From Candidatus Staskawiczbacteria bacterium (lineage in GTDB: Bacteria > Patescibacteriota > Minisyncoccia > Minisyncoccales > Staskawiczbacteraceae), in the NCBI GenBank assembly GCA_016196125.1, contig JACPYG010000015.1, positions 22,966-86,965 on the forward strand: a stretch of DNA of 64,000 nucleotides, given 5' to 3'. The position numbers were made by a program, and so were the translations under genes. Shown here piece by piece: positions 26,404 to 34,712 of the stretch; within the stretch, counting starts at the first letter, position 1; each line of letters begins with the position of its first letter. Below the pieces are notes generated by a model. It ran no database searches. It worked only from the letters and a program-made list of their open reading frames with translations, and was not told where the DNA came from.

Positions 26404-27666
26404 TTAAGCGCTTATGCGCTTAATGTCTGCCCCTAATTTTTGCAAACGCTCTTCTATTTTTTCATATCCTCTGTCAATTTGAGAAATGTTCTCAATTGTT
26501 GTTTTTCCTTTTGCCATTAATCCTGCAATAATCAAACAAGCCCCAGCCCTAATATCCCAAGATTCTATTGTCAGACCAGAAAGCTTGGAAGGGCCAAAAA
26601 CAAAAGCCCTGTGAGGATCAACAATCTCAATATCACCGCCCATTTTTCTCAATTCTTGAACATAATTAAACCTATTTTCATATAAAGGATCATGAACTAA
26701 GCTTTTTCCTGTTGCATTTAATAAAAGAGGTATCATTACCGGCAAGAAATCAGTGGGAAATCCCGGATAAGGAAGGGCCTGCACTTTGGCGGATTTTAAG
26801 TTAGGAGAATAAGAAACTATAACACTATTGTCTCTTTTTTCAAAATTAACTCCAATTTCTGCAAGTTTTTCCAAAAATAAATCCAAATGCTGTAATATTA
26901 CATTTTTTACAGTAATTTTTCCGGGGACAACAGCTCCAATGCAAATGAAGGTTGCGGCTTCAATTGGATCTGAAATAACAGTATGAGTATTTCCTTTCAA
27001 ATGAGTTACTCCCTCAATTTCAATTGTATGAGTTCCCACCCCCTTTATTTTAGCTCCCATATTTTCCAGCATTTTACCTAAATCTTGGACATGCGGCTCA
27101 CAAGCTGCTCCTTTAATTACTGTTTTTCCCTCTGCTAAAACAGCAGCCAACATTATAGTTTCAGTGGCAGTAACTGAAAACTCTTCTAAAATAATTTCAG
27201 TTCCTTTTAAGCTATCGCAATTTATTTCATAAAAATCATCCTGCCTTTCAATTTTAGCTCCTAATTTTTCAAGGGCTCTTAAGTGCACAGAGATCGGCCT
27301 TGAACCTATTCTATCACCTCCGGGAGCCGCCATTTTAAAATGCTTTATTCTTGGTAAAAGCGAGCCAAAAAGCAATACAGAAATTCTGGTTTTTGATATT
27401 TTCTCAAAATCCATTTTTTCAGAATCCAAAGAGTCAGCAATAATCTTGACCTTTCTGTCTCCTGCCATTTTAACCTTAACTCCTATGCTTTTTAAAACTT
27501 CGATCATATTAAAAACATCTTCTATCAGAGGAAGATTATCTATAATGCACTCTTCTGCAGTCAAAAGGCATGCCGCCAAAACAGGTCCTGCGGCATTTTT
27601 TGACCCTCTAATCTCAATTTCTCCGGAAAGATTTTTTTGACCCTGGATTATAAATTTTTCTGCCAA
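26404..27666 (-). CDS. murA: UDP-N-acetylglucosamine 1-carboxyvinyltransferase (Asp at the Cys115 position)
   Basis: GSKNAA, PGGDRIGSR, SVTATE, PYPGFPTD, DIRAG, IDRGYE; TTG start. Confidence 0.93.
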   Translation of the reverse strand: MAEKFIIQGQKNLSGEIEIRGSKNAAGPVLAACLLTAEECIIDNLPLIEDVFNMIEVLKSIGVKVKMAGDRKVKIIADSLDSEKMDFEKISKTRISVLLFGSLLPRIKHFKMAAPGGDRIGSRPISVHLRALEKLGAKIERQDDFYEINCDSLKGTEIILEEFSVTATETIMLAAVLAEGKTVIKGAACEPHVQDLGKMLENMGAKIKGVGTHTIEIEGVTHLKGNTHTVISDPIEAATFICIGAVVPGKITVKNVILQHLDLFLEKLAEIGVNFEKRDNSVIVSYSPNLKSAKVQALPYPGFPTDFLPVMIPLLLNATGKSLVHDPLYENRFNYVQELRKMGGDIEIVDPHRAFVFGPSKLSGLTIESWDIRAGACLIIAGLMAKGKTTIENISQIDRGYEKIEERLQKLGADIKRISA

Positions 27667-27754
27667 TCTTTTTTTATTTATAGTTAATTATTCCTCAATA
27701 CTAATCTAAAAAAAATTTCTTGTAAAGTAGGCGAATTTGTGTAAAATTAATATA

Positions 27755-28822
27755 ATGACAAGAAAAATCCGCTTCTTAATATTAGTTATATGTGTAGCGC
27801 TGTTTTTTATTGCGGCTCCATATATTATTACCTATTCCTTGGGTTATAGGATTGATTTTGAACAAAAAAAATTGGTAATTACAGGAGGAATTTATGTAAA
27901 GGCGCTTCCGCAAGGCGCAGATATTATTGTGGATTCCAAAATCAGCAACAGAACCAGCCTTTTGTCGCCCACTGTTTTTGTGCAAAATCTTTTGCCAAAA
28001 CAACATAGCATTTTAATAAAAAAAGACGGCTATCATGATTATAAAAAAACCCTGGAAGTAAAAGAGAAAGAAGTTATAAGATTAGAAAGAGTTGTTTTAT
28101 TTAAAGAAAAGATTCCATTTGAAGATTTAACAGATAAAACTAATTCTCCATTTTTAAAAAAAGACCAAGAACAAATTTTTATTATTAAAAATGGAGACCT
28201 CTACAAAAACAGCCCGGAAAAATCTTTGGCAATTCTAAAAAAAATCATCTCTTTTGAGGTTTCCGGAAACAATATAATATGGCTAGGTTTGGACGGATTC
28301 TTATATAGCTCAAATCAAGACGGTAATAATACGGATAAATTGAGCCAAACCCCATTAAAAGTAGACAATAACAGCTCTTATAAGATTGTAATTGCCGCGC
28401 AAAATATCTTTCTTCTTGAAAACAATAATTTTTTATTGCTTAACCAAAAAACAAAAAAATTTGAAACATTTTACAGCTTGGTTAAAAATTTTAAAATATC
28501 TCCCGACGGTCAAAAAATACTTTACTATAACGAAAGCGAAATTATGTATTCTTATTTAAACTCAGACAATCCTGAAAAAATATTTTTAAACAGATTTTCA
28601 GAAAAAATCGAAGAATGTTTCTGGCTGGGCGACAACTATTTAATTTTTAATATAGGGGAAAAAATAATTATTTCTGAAATAGATAACAGAGATAATATAA
28701 ATATGATTACCCTGCAACAAACTTTGTCTCCGGGTGATAAAATATTCTTTAATCAACAAGACAAAAAGCTTTATATTTTGACAGGGAATAATATTTTAGT
28801 TTCAGAAAGATTAATTCCGTAA
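27755..28822 (+). CDS. PEGA-domain membrane-anchored protein with beta-propeller-like C-terminus
   Basis: TM then GYRID...TGGIYVKALP...NLLPKQH...KDGY; SPDGQKI. Confidence 0.75.
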   Translation: MTRKIRFLILVICVALFFIAAPYIITYSLGYRIDFEQKKLVITGGIYVKALPQGADIIVDSKISNRTSLLSPTVFVQNLLPKQHSILIKKDGYHDYKKTLEVKEKEVIRLERVVLFKEKIPFEDLTDKTNSPFLKKDQEQIFIIKNGDLYKNSPEKSLAILKKIISFEVSGNNIIWLGLDGFLYSSNQDGNNTDKLSQTPLKVDNNSSYKIVIAAQNIFLLENNNFLLLNQKTKKFETFYSLVKNFKISPDGQKILYYNESEIMYSYLNSDNPEKIFLNRFSEKIEECFWLGDNYLIFNIGEKIIISEIDNRDNINMITLQQTLSPGDKIFFNQQDKKLYILTGNNILVSERLIP

Positions 28823-28823
28823 A

Positions 28824-28856
28824 ATAAAAAATTGCCCCAAAAGGGCAATTTTTTAT
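28824..28856. terminator. Bidirectional intrinsic terminator
   Basis: ataaaaaattgccc-caaaa-gggcaattttttat between convergent genes. Confidence 0.85.
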
Positions 28857-29006
28857 CTTTTAGACCATTGAGTCGTTCGCTTCCACTCGCTCTTTCAAAA
28901 CCGGGGCACCCTTTGGGTCATTTGAATAATTTCCTACACGGGGAAATACCCAATTTCCCCGACCCCCTTTTTGACAATGGTCAAAACTATCGTTTTGACC
29001 ATTGAG
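28853..29006 (-). mobile_element. Structured insert bounded by duplicated rpsI 3' end
   Basis: 20-bp direct repeat 28853-28872 / 28987-29006 (17/20), both encode QWSKR-stop. Confidence 0.65.
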
Positions 29007-29547
29007 GAGATTTTCTTGCCCTCTTTAATCCAAACTTCTTTCTTTCTCTCATTCTTGGGTCGCGGGTTAAATATCCCGCTTTTCTTAACCTTTTTCTAAA
29101 ATTATTGTTAAAATCAACTAATACTCTGGCTGTCCCGTGCCTTACTGCTTCCGCCTGGGCATGATGGCCTCCGCCTTTGACTATTATGGAAACTCTGAAT
29201 TTATCAAGACATTTCATTTTTTTCATAGATGAAGTGGCTATTTGCCTGTCTTCTTCTAAGATAAAATATTCTTGATATGGTTTGCCGTTAATCAAAAAAG
29301 CCTTGTTTCCTCTTGTAAAAAGCCTCACGCGGGCCACAGCTGTTTTTCTACGGCCAATTGCTTCAAAATAACGATCTGGCTTTGAAGCTAAATCATTTTC
29401 TATTTTAAAATCTTCAAAAGAAAAATCATCTTCCTCTTCTGTGTTTAAAACATCCTTCGGCAAGCTCAGGACAGGGGTTATTTTTATTGGGTTTATTACC
29501 TTTCGCTCTGGTTCAGGTTTTTTTGTTTTAATTTTCGTCATAATCAT
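28987..29547 (-). CDS. rpsI: 30S ribosomal protein S9 with N-terminal extension
   Basis: GRRKTAVARV, LTRDPR, RKKFGLKRARKSPQWSKR. Confidence 0.96.
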   Translation of the reverse strand: MIMTKIKTKKPEPERKVINPIKITPVLSLPKDVLNTEEEDDFSFEDFKIENDLASKPDRYFEAIGRRKTAVARVRLFTRGNKAFLINGKPYQEYFILEEDRQIATSSMKKMKCLDKFRVSIIVKGGGHHAQAEAVRHGTARVLVDFNNNFRKRLRKAGYLTRDPRMRERKKFGLKRARKSPQWSKR

Positions 29548-29913
29548 TTAATTTATTTTTTCAAATTTCAATCTTTTAATTTGCATATCCCTTAGTTTAT
29601 TTTTTGTCAACATTCCATAAACAGCTCTCCTTAAAACTTCTGATGGATCTTTTTCGTGTATATCTTCTAACGATGCTTTTTTTAATCCGCCTAAATATCC
29701 TGTATGGCGATAATAAATTTTATTTTTAAATTTTTTACCGGTAAATTTTAATTTTTCAATATTTTTTATCGTAACAAAATCGCCGATATCTTTATAAGGC
29801 GCAAAAGTTGGCTTGTGTTTGCCTCTCAACAAAACAGCTATTTGAGTGGATATTCTGCCTAAAACCTGGCCTGAAACATCAACTATATGATTTTCTCTTT
29901 TTATGGTTTCCAT
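29548..29913 (-). CDS. rplM: 50S ribosomal protein L13
   Basis: LGRI...LRGKHKP, YYRHTGYLGG. Confidence 0.95.
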   Translation of the reverse strand: METIKRENHIVDVSGQVLGRISTQIAVLLRGKHKPTFAPYKDIGDFVTIKNIEKLKFTGKKFKNKIYYRHTGYLGGLKKASLEDIHEKDPSEVLRRAVYGMLTKNKLRDMQIKRLKFEKIN

Positions 29914-29919
29914 GCTTTA

Positions 29920-30270
29920 TTATTTCACTAACTCTATTATTACCATTTTTGCCGAATCTGACCTTCTTGGTCCCAATTTTATAATTCTTGTATATCCTCC
30001 CGGTCTGTTGCCGTATTTTGGAGCAATTTCATCTACTAATTTTTTAACAATTTGCGGAGCTAAAGTTTTTGCCAGCATTCTGCGGCTAAATACGGTATTT
30101 TGCCTTGCCCTGGTAATGGATTTTTCTGCAACAACCCTTAATTCTTTTGCTTTAGCTTCTGTAGTTTTAATTTTTTCGCGCAAAAAAAGACCGCTCATTA
30201 ATGACTTTAAAAGAGCTTTTCTCTGACTTTTATTCCTTGATAACATTCTGCCTTTATTTCTTTTTCTCAT
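29920..30270 (-). CDS. rplQ: 50S ribosomal protein L17
   Basis: IKTTEAKAKE, RPGGYTRI. Confidence 0.95.
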   Translation of the reverse strand: MRKRNKGRMLSRNKSQRKALLKSLMSGLFLREKIKTTEAKAKELRVVAEKSITRARQNTVFSRRMLAKTLAPQIVKKLVDEIAPKYGNRPGGYTRIIKLGPRRSDSAKMVIIELVK

Positions 30271-31063
30271 TTGTTTTTTGTCCTCGCTTGCGAGGAACTT
30301 GTTCTTTTTTTATCTTCTTGGCTTTTGATTTAGCATTTGCTTTTGCGGGCTTTGATTCATTTTTTGTCTCTGGATTTAACGAATCTTTTGCTTGCGAAAT
30401 TATATTAAAGTGTCCCATTAATATATCACAAGCCTCAAAAAATGCAGCTTCCGGGGTAATTGTGCCATCTGTTTCTATTTCCAAATTTAGCTTATCAAAG
30501 TCTGTTCTTTCTCCTACTCTCATATTTTCAACTTCTAAATTTACATTTTTAACAGGCGTATAAATAGCGTCAAGATAGATCGTTCCTATTTCTGTTTTTT
30601 TTATTTTTCTGCGGTCTTTTGGCTCATATCCGATGCCTTTTTCAATCTGAATTTCTATATCAAGTTCTGTTTTTTTATCTGTTATGGTTGCAATATGAGT
30701 TTCTGGATTAGCAAGCTCTACTTGCGGAGACAGCTTGAAATCCGACCCTTTAACATCCTTATCCCCTTTAATTTTTAATTGAATTTTCTGCGAATCGCCC
30801 TCATAAATTTTAAATCTTAAATTTTTTAAATTCAAAATAACCATTATGGTATCTTCTAAGATTCCCGGAATTGCAGAAAACTCATGCGGGGCTCCTTTAA
30901 TTTTTACTTCTGTTACTGCAACTCCAGGCAAAGATGATAATAAAACCCTTCTTAAAGAATTACCGATAGTGGTGCCATAACCGGGATACAACCCTTCTAT
31001 TTCAAAACGAACCTGATTTTTATTTTTTTTAATTATTTTTATAGGCGATGGAAGAGGAATCAT
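30254..31063 (-). CDS. rpoA: RNA polymerase alpha subunit, NTD plus basic tail (no recognisable alpha-CTD)
   Basis: GYGTTIGNSLRRVLLSS, HEFS, DAIYTPV, ETDGTITP. Confidence 0.93.
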   Translation of the reverse strand: MIPLPSPIKIIKKNKNQVRFEIEGLYPGYGTTIGNSLRRVLLSSLPGVAVTEVKIKGAPHEFSAIPGILEDTIMVILNLKNLRFKIYEGDSQKIQLKIKGDKDVKGSDFKLSPQVELANPETHIATITDKKTELDIEIQIEKGIGYEPKDRRKIKKTEIGTIYLDAIYTPVKNVNLEVENMRVGERTDFDKLNLEIETDGTITPEAAFFEACDILMGHFNIISQAKDSLNPETKNESKPAKANAKSKAKKIKKEQVPRKRGQKTNEKKK

Positions 31064-31067
31064 AATT

Positions 31068-31150
31068 TTAGAATCTAGAATTTAGAAAGTAGAATCTAGA
31101 ACACGGAACGTACGCTTCTATTTTCTATTTTCTAACTTCTATTTTCTCGC
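31068..31150. repeat. Inverted heptamer-repeat array H2 (TAGAATC-type)
   Basis: ttagaat ctagaat ttagaaa gtagaat ctagaac ... ttctatt ttctatt ttctaac ttctatt. Confidence 0.85.
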
Positions 31151-31151
31151 T

Positions 31152-31712
31152 TTATCTTGAATAAAATTCGAAAATTAAAGAAATTTCTGCCGGAGGATTT
31201 ACTTCTTGCAAAGAAGGCTCTCCGATAGCTTTTCCTTCAAATTTATCTTTATTTAAACTTAACCACGAATGGGTTTCTTTTTTCTTTAATGAAACTGATA
31301 AATCTTTAAAGACCGGCTTTGATTTCTTAGATTCTTTTATTGCAACAATATCGCCTTTTTTTAATTCAAAAGATGGAATATTTACAGGTTTACCGTTTAC
31401 CAAAAAAATACCATGAGAAACAAGCTGTCTTGCATGCGCGCGAGTTAAAGCAAATCCCAAACGAAATACTGCATTGTCTAATCTTTTTTCTATTCTTCTG
31501 ATAAGCTCATTAGCCACATCTTCAACCTTGCCCATTCTCAACAAAGTTTCTTTAACGTATTTTTTAAACTGGCGTTCTGAAAGACCATAAAACCTTTTGA
31601 GTATTTGTTTCTCTTGCAGTGATTTTTTATATTCTGAAGCAGTTCCACCCCTTCTTTTTTTTTGGGGCCCTATTTGGGGTCCTGGCGGATTGGCTTTCTT
31701 TTCTATTGGCAT
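31152..31712 (-). CDS. rpsD: 30S ribosomal protein S4 (short N-terminus)
   Basis: LQEKQ, RLDNAVFRLG, ARQLVSHG, EFYSR. Confidence 0.94.
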   Translation of the reverse strand: MPIEKKANPPGPQIGPQKKRRGGTASEYKKSLQEKQILKRFYGLSERQFKKYVKETLLRMGKVEDVANELIRRIEKRLDNAVFRLGFALTRAHARQLVSHGIFLVNGKPVNIPSFELKKGDIVAIKESKKSKPVFKDLSVSLKKKETHSWLSLNKDKFEGKAIGEPSLQEVNPPAEISLIFEFYSR

Positions 31713-31737
31713 ATAATTAAATAATAATGTTAAATTA

Positions 31738-32193
31738 TTAAACTCTCCTTATTTTTTTAGGCCTGCAACCATTATGAGGAATTGGCGTTATATCTTTAAT
31801 CGAAATAACATTCAACCCTTGAGAAACCAAAGTTCTTACCGCTGATTCTCTGCCGGCTCCTATCCCTTTTATAAAAATACTAATTTTTTCTATTCCTATC
31901 TTTTTACAAATATTAGATATCGCTTCTGATACCCTTGAGGCGGCAAAAGAAGTGGCCTTTTTTGTTCCTTTAAAACCAACCGATCCGGCTGACTTCCAAG
32001 CCAAAACCTGACCTGAAACATTGGTAAGAGTTATTAAGGTATTATTATAAGAAGAAGATATATAAATATTTCCATGAAGGACTTTATCCGCTGATGACCG
32101 CACTTTTAATTCTTTTTTAAGAGTGCCATCAACTTTTTCTTTTTCTTTTATCAATTCTTCTTGATTGACTTGGATAATATGTTTTTTTCCCAT
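31738..32193 (-). CDS. rpsK: 30S ribosomal protein S11
   Basis: SYNNT, GFKGTKK, DITPIPHNGCRP. Confidence 0.95.
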   Translation of the reverse strand: MGKKHIIQVNQEELIKEKEKVDGTLKKELKVRSSADKVLHGNIYISSSYNNTLITLTNVSGQVLAWKSAGSVGFKGTKKATSFAASRVSEAISNICKKIGIEKISIFIKGIGAGRESAVRTLVSQGLNVISIKDITPIPHNGCRPKKIRRV

Positions 32194-32214
32194 TGTTTAT
32201 TATCTTTAATTTAA

Positions 32215-32604
32215 TTAAGTTGGCGTTGCCGCTGGCTTTCTTCCAGACCCTATTGTTTTTCTTACGTTACCCCTTACTGTCCTATTGTTAGTTTTTGTTC
32301 TTTGGCCCCTGGTCGGCAATCCCTTGGCATGGCGGGAACCCCTAAAAGACCCTATATCTTTTAATCTTTTGATATTTATCATAATCTGTCTTCTTAAATC
32401 TCCTTCAATCTTATGATTCTTTTCAATAATGTCTTTTAAAATATTAACTTCTTCTGAAGTCAAATCTTGAGACTTTTTATTTATATCAATCTTTGCTATT
32501 CCTAAAATTTCTGCACTTAAAGGCCTGCCTATTCCGTAAATATAAGTTAAAGCTATTTCTATTCTTTTATTTTCAGGAATATTTACTCCTGCGATTCTTG
32601 GCAT
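32215..32604 (-). CDS. rpsM: 30S ribosomal protein S13
   Basis: [26 protein letters not shown]; true start MPRI. Confidence 0.95.
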   Translation of the reverse strand: MPRIAGVNIPENKRIEIALTYIYGIGRPLSAEILGIAKIDINKKSQDLTSEEVNILKDIIEKNHKIEGDLRRQIMINIKRLKDIGSFRGSRHAKGLPTRGQRTKTNNRTVRGNVRKTIGSGRKPAATPT

Positions 32605-32609
32605 AACTT

Positions 32610-32692
32610 CATGAAACATACAACATGGAACATGGAACAAAACTACGACGAAACGTTTTTTTGTTATGTGTTCTATGTTATGTGTTATGTGA
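32610..32692. repeat. Inverted heptamer-repeat array H3 (CATGGAA-type)
   Basis: catgaaa catacaa catggaa catggaa ... tgttatg tgttcta tgttatg tgttatg. Confidence 0.85.
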
Positions 32693-32693
32693 T

Positions 32694-32810
32694 TTACCCT
32701 TGTCTTTGTTTATGTTTTGGATTCTTTTTACAAATAACATAAACGCGACCCTTTCTTTTGACGATTTCACAATCTTTACAAATTTTTTTAACCGATGGTT
32801 TTACTTTCAT
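32694..32810 (-). CDS. rpmJ: 50S ribosomal protein L36 (zinc-binding form), not in ORF track
   Basis: [38 protein letters not shown]. Confidence 0.95.
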   Translation of the reverse strand: MKVKPSVKKICKDCEIVKRKGRVYVICKKNPKHKQRQG

Positions 32811-32838
32811 GATTATGAGATAAACAAATAGAACACGA

Positions 32839-32904
32839 ACCCCGCCCCAAAAGCTATTAAACATTACATTAGCATAGAGGGCGGGGTAAGTTCGCTTCGC
32901 TCGC
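32839..32904. repeat. CCCCGCCC/GGGCGGGG hairpin element, copy after infA stop
   Basis: Shares ttagcatagagggcgggg-aag-tcgc with 50302-50370. Confidence 0.75.
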
Positions 32905-33150
32905 TTATTTTAAACGATAAACTATTCTGCCTTTACTGTCATCATAAGGACTCATTTCTAAAGTCACTTTATCGCCAGGTAAAATAGTAATTCTATTAAG
33001 CCTCATCTTTCCAGACAAAAAACCTGTTATTTCTTTTCCGTCGTCTAATAATACCCTAAAGAAGGCATTTGGTAAAGCCTCCACTATTCTCCCCTCTATT
33101 CTGATAACTTTTTTTGGATCTTTATTCTCTTCGTTTTTGACCATTAGCAT
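32905..33150 (-). CDS. infA: Translation initiation factor IF-1
   Basis: [17 protein letters not shown]...GRIVYR. Confidence 0.95.
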   Translation of the reverse strand: MLMVKNEENKDPKKVIRIEGRIVEALPNAFFRVLLDDGKEITGFLSGKMRLNRITILPGDKVTLEMSPYDDSKGRIVYRLK

Positions 33151-33193
33151 TTATCCCGTGACTCTGTGATATTAACAAATTAACTTATTTTAG

Positions 33194-33237
33194 TCAACTC
33201 TTCACCCAAAATTTAGACATTTTGAGCGAAGAGTCAA
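33194..33237. mobile_element. 36-bp hairpin insert with TCAA target duplication at the infA promoter -35 box
   Basis: tcaa|ctcttcacccaaaat-ttagac-attttgagcgaagag|tcaa. Confidence 0.55.
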
Positions 33238-33251
33238 TACCATTATACTCA

Positions 33252-34559
33252 TTACTCAAATTTTAAATCAATTTTAATTTTGTTTTGGTCTCTTGGAGCT
33301 TTTGTTGTCCAAAAAGGCCACAAATTTACCTTGACACGCGATATGCTGTCTCCCATCCTATTATTTATAGTTTCTTTTATTTCGTCAGACGATTTTTCTC
33401 TGAATAAAGCAATCAAATCATTTTTGTCGACTGATTGATATGTCTTAACAGAAAAATCCAAATTAATCACTATTTTTTTATCTTTAATGTCTATTGTCTC
33501 TGGATTATAATTAACAGTTAAGCTATCTTCTAATAGGGTTTTCTGGTAAGACACATTAGAGTTAATATATTCTTTAATGAAATTTTCCATGTCGGATTTT
33601 TTAAAAAACAAGGCAGTTGCTCGAGCTTTAGCCTGATAACCAAACTTATCTACAACAGCTCCCGCCTTCACGGCAGAAGCAGATTCTGTAATCTCCGAAA
33701 AAATAGATTTATCCAATAAAATATATTCTGAACTAATTTTTCCCTTTAAAGATTCTTGTATATTATTTAAAAGATTTTTTTGCAAAATATTTTTTGCAAT
33801 TTTAATATCGTCTTCTGTAACTTTTTTTATCGTACTCGAAAATCCTCCAGTCATCGCATTTGATGATTCGGCATAAATACTATAATAATACGGAGTACCG
33901 ACCAGCTTTGGCACAGAAAACTTAGCTGGTTTTATATTATATTCTTCTCCCGGATCCGTGGCTTGAACTTTTACTTCTATTGATCCCGGGATAGTTTTAT
34001 TATTTTGTTTTTTTGCGGCAGGAACAACAACTCTTTGCAATGTTATAAAATATTTTCCTGAATCAGACAAAAAATGAGTTCCTATTTTTAAAGTAATATC
34101 GCTTGCCGGGCTGTAGCTATTGTAAATTACAATTAAACCCTCTGCTTTACCGTCGTTAGAAGCGTTGCCGGTTGCAGAAAATTCCTGCCAAAGATCTTTT
34201 TCTTCATTTAAATATTGAGCGGGGATAGTTTTACTGCCATAATCAATCGTATCTGCAGAATTATCTGCCATCACTTGTTCTTTGAAATTTAATATTTCTG
34301 TTTTAGGCCAAATTTCCACATTGACTTTTTGCAATTTAAAATACAAAACACCGGCTAAAATCAAAAATAAAATACAAGACACCGATAAAACCTCTCTTAG
34401 AGGAAATCGCCTTCGTTTGTGAGAACCCAAACCCTTGCTATGTTTTTTATTTACCCTGCCATTAGAGTGTTTTTCTTCTCCTTTTGCCAAAGACTTTACT
34501 CCATGTTCCACTTTATGGGCAATCTTGGGCGGTAAAATATCAAATATTTTTTTTGCCAT
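33252..34559 (-). CDS. Membrane-anchored hypothetical protein (baseplate J-like pattern)
   Basis: TM then KAEGLIVIYN...GTHF...VQATDPGEEYNI...AMTGG; start MAKK. Confidence 0.65.
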   Translation of the reverse strand: MAKKIFDILPPKIAHKVEHGVKSLAKGEEKHSNGRVNKKHSKGLGSHKRRRFPLREVLSVSCILFLILAGVLYFKLQKVNVEIWPKTEILNFKEQVMADNSADTIDYGSKTIPAQYLNEEKDLWQEFSATGNASNDGKAEGLIVIYNSYSPASDITLKIGTHFLSDSGKYFITLQRVVVPAAKKQNNKTIPGSIEVKVQATDPGEEYNIKPAKFSVPKLVGTPYYYSIYAESSNAMTGGFSSTIKKVTEDDIKIAKNILQKNLLNNIQESLKGKISSEYILLDKSIFSEITESASAVKAGAVVDKFGYQAKARATALFFKKSDMENFIKEYINSNVSYQKTLLEDSLTVNYNPETIDIKDKKIVINLDFSVKTYQSVDKNDLIALFREKSSDEIKETINNRMGDSISRVKVNLWPFWTTKAPRDQNKIKIDLKFE

Positions 34560-34575
34560 TTTATTTTTGAGCGAG

Positions 34576-34706
34576 GACATTGCTTTTAAAAGTAGTTTTC
34601 GCAGGCAGTTTAGCATGGTTCTTGCGAAGCGAGATAAACTGCCGAGAATGCAGATAGCGAAATTACGCTGGTAATTTCGACTATCGGTACTTTTGAAAGC
34701 AATGTC
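34576..34706. other. Multibranched intergenic hairpin element after alaS
   Basis: 19-bp outer IR 34576-34594/34688-34706; inner stems 34604-34612/34635-34643 and 34653-34666/34671-34685. Confidence 0.7.
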
Positions 34707-34712
34707 TGAACA

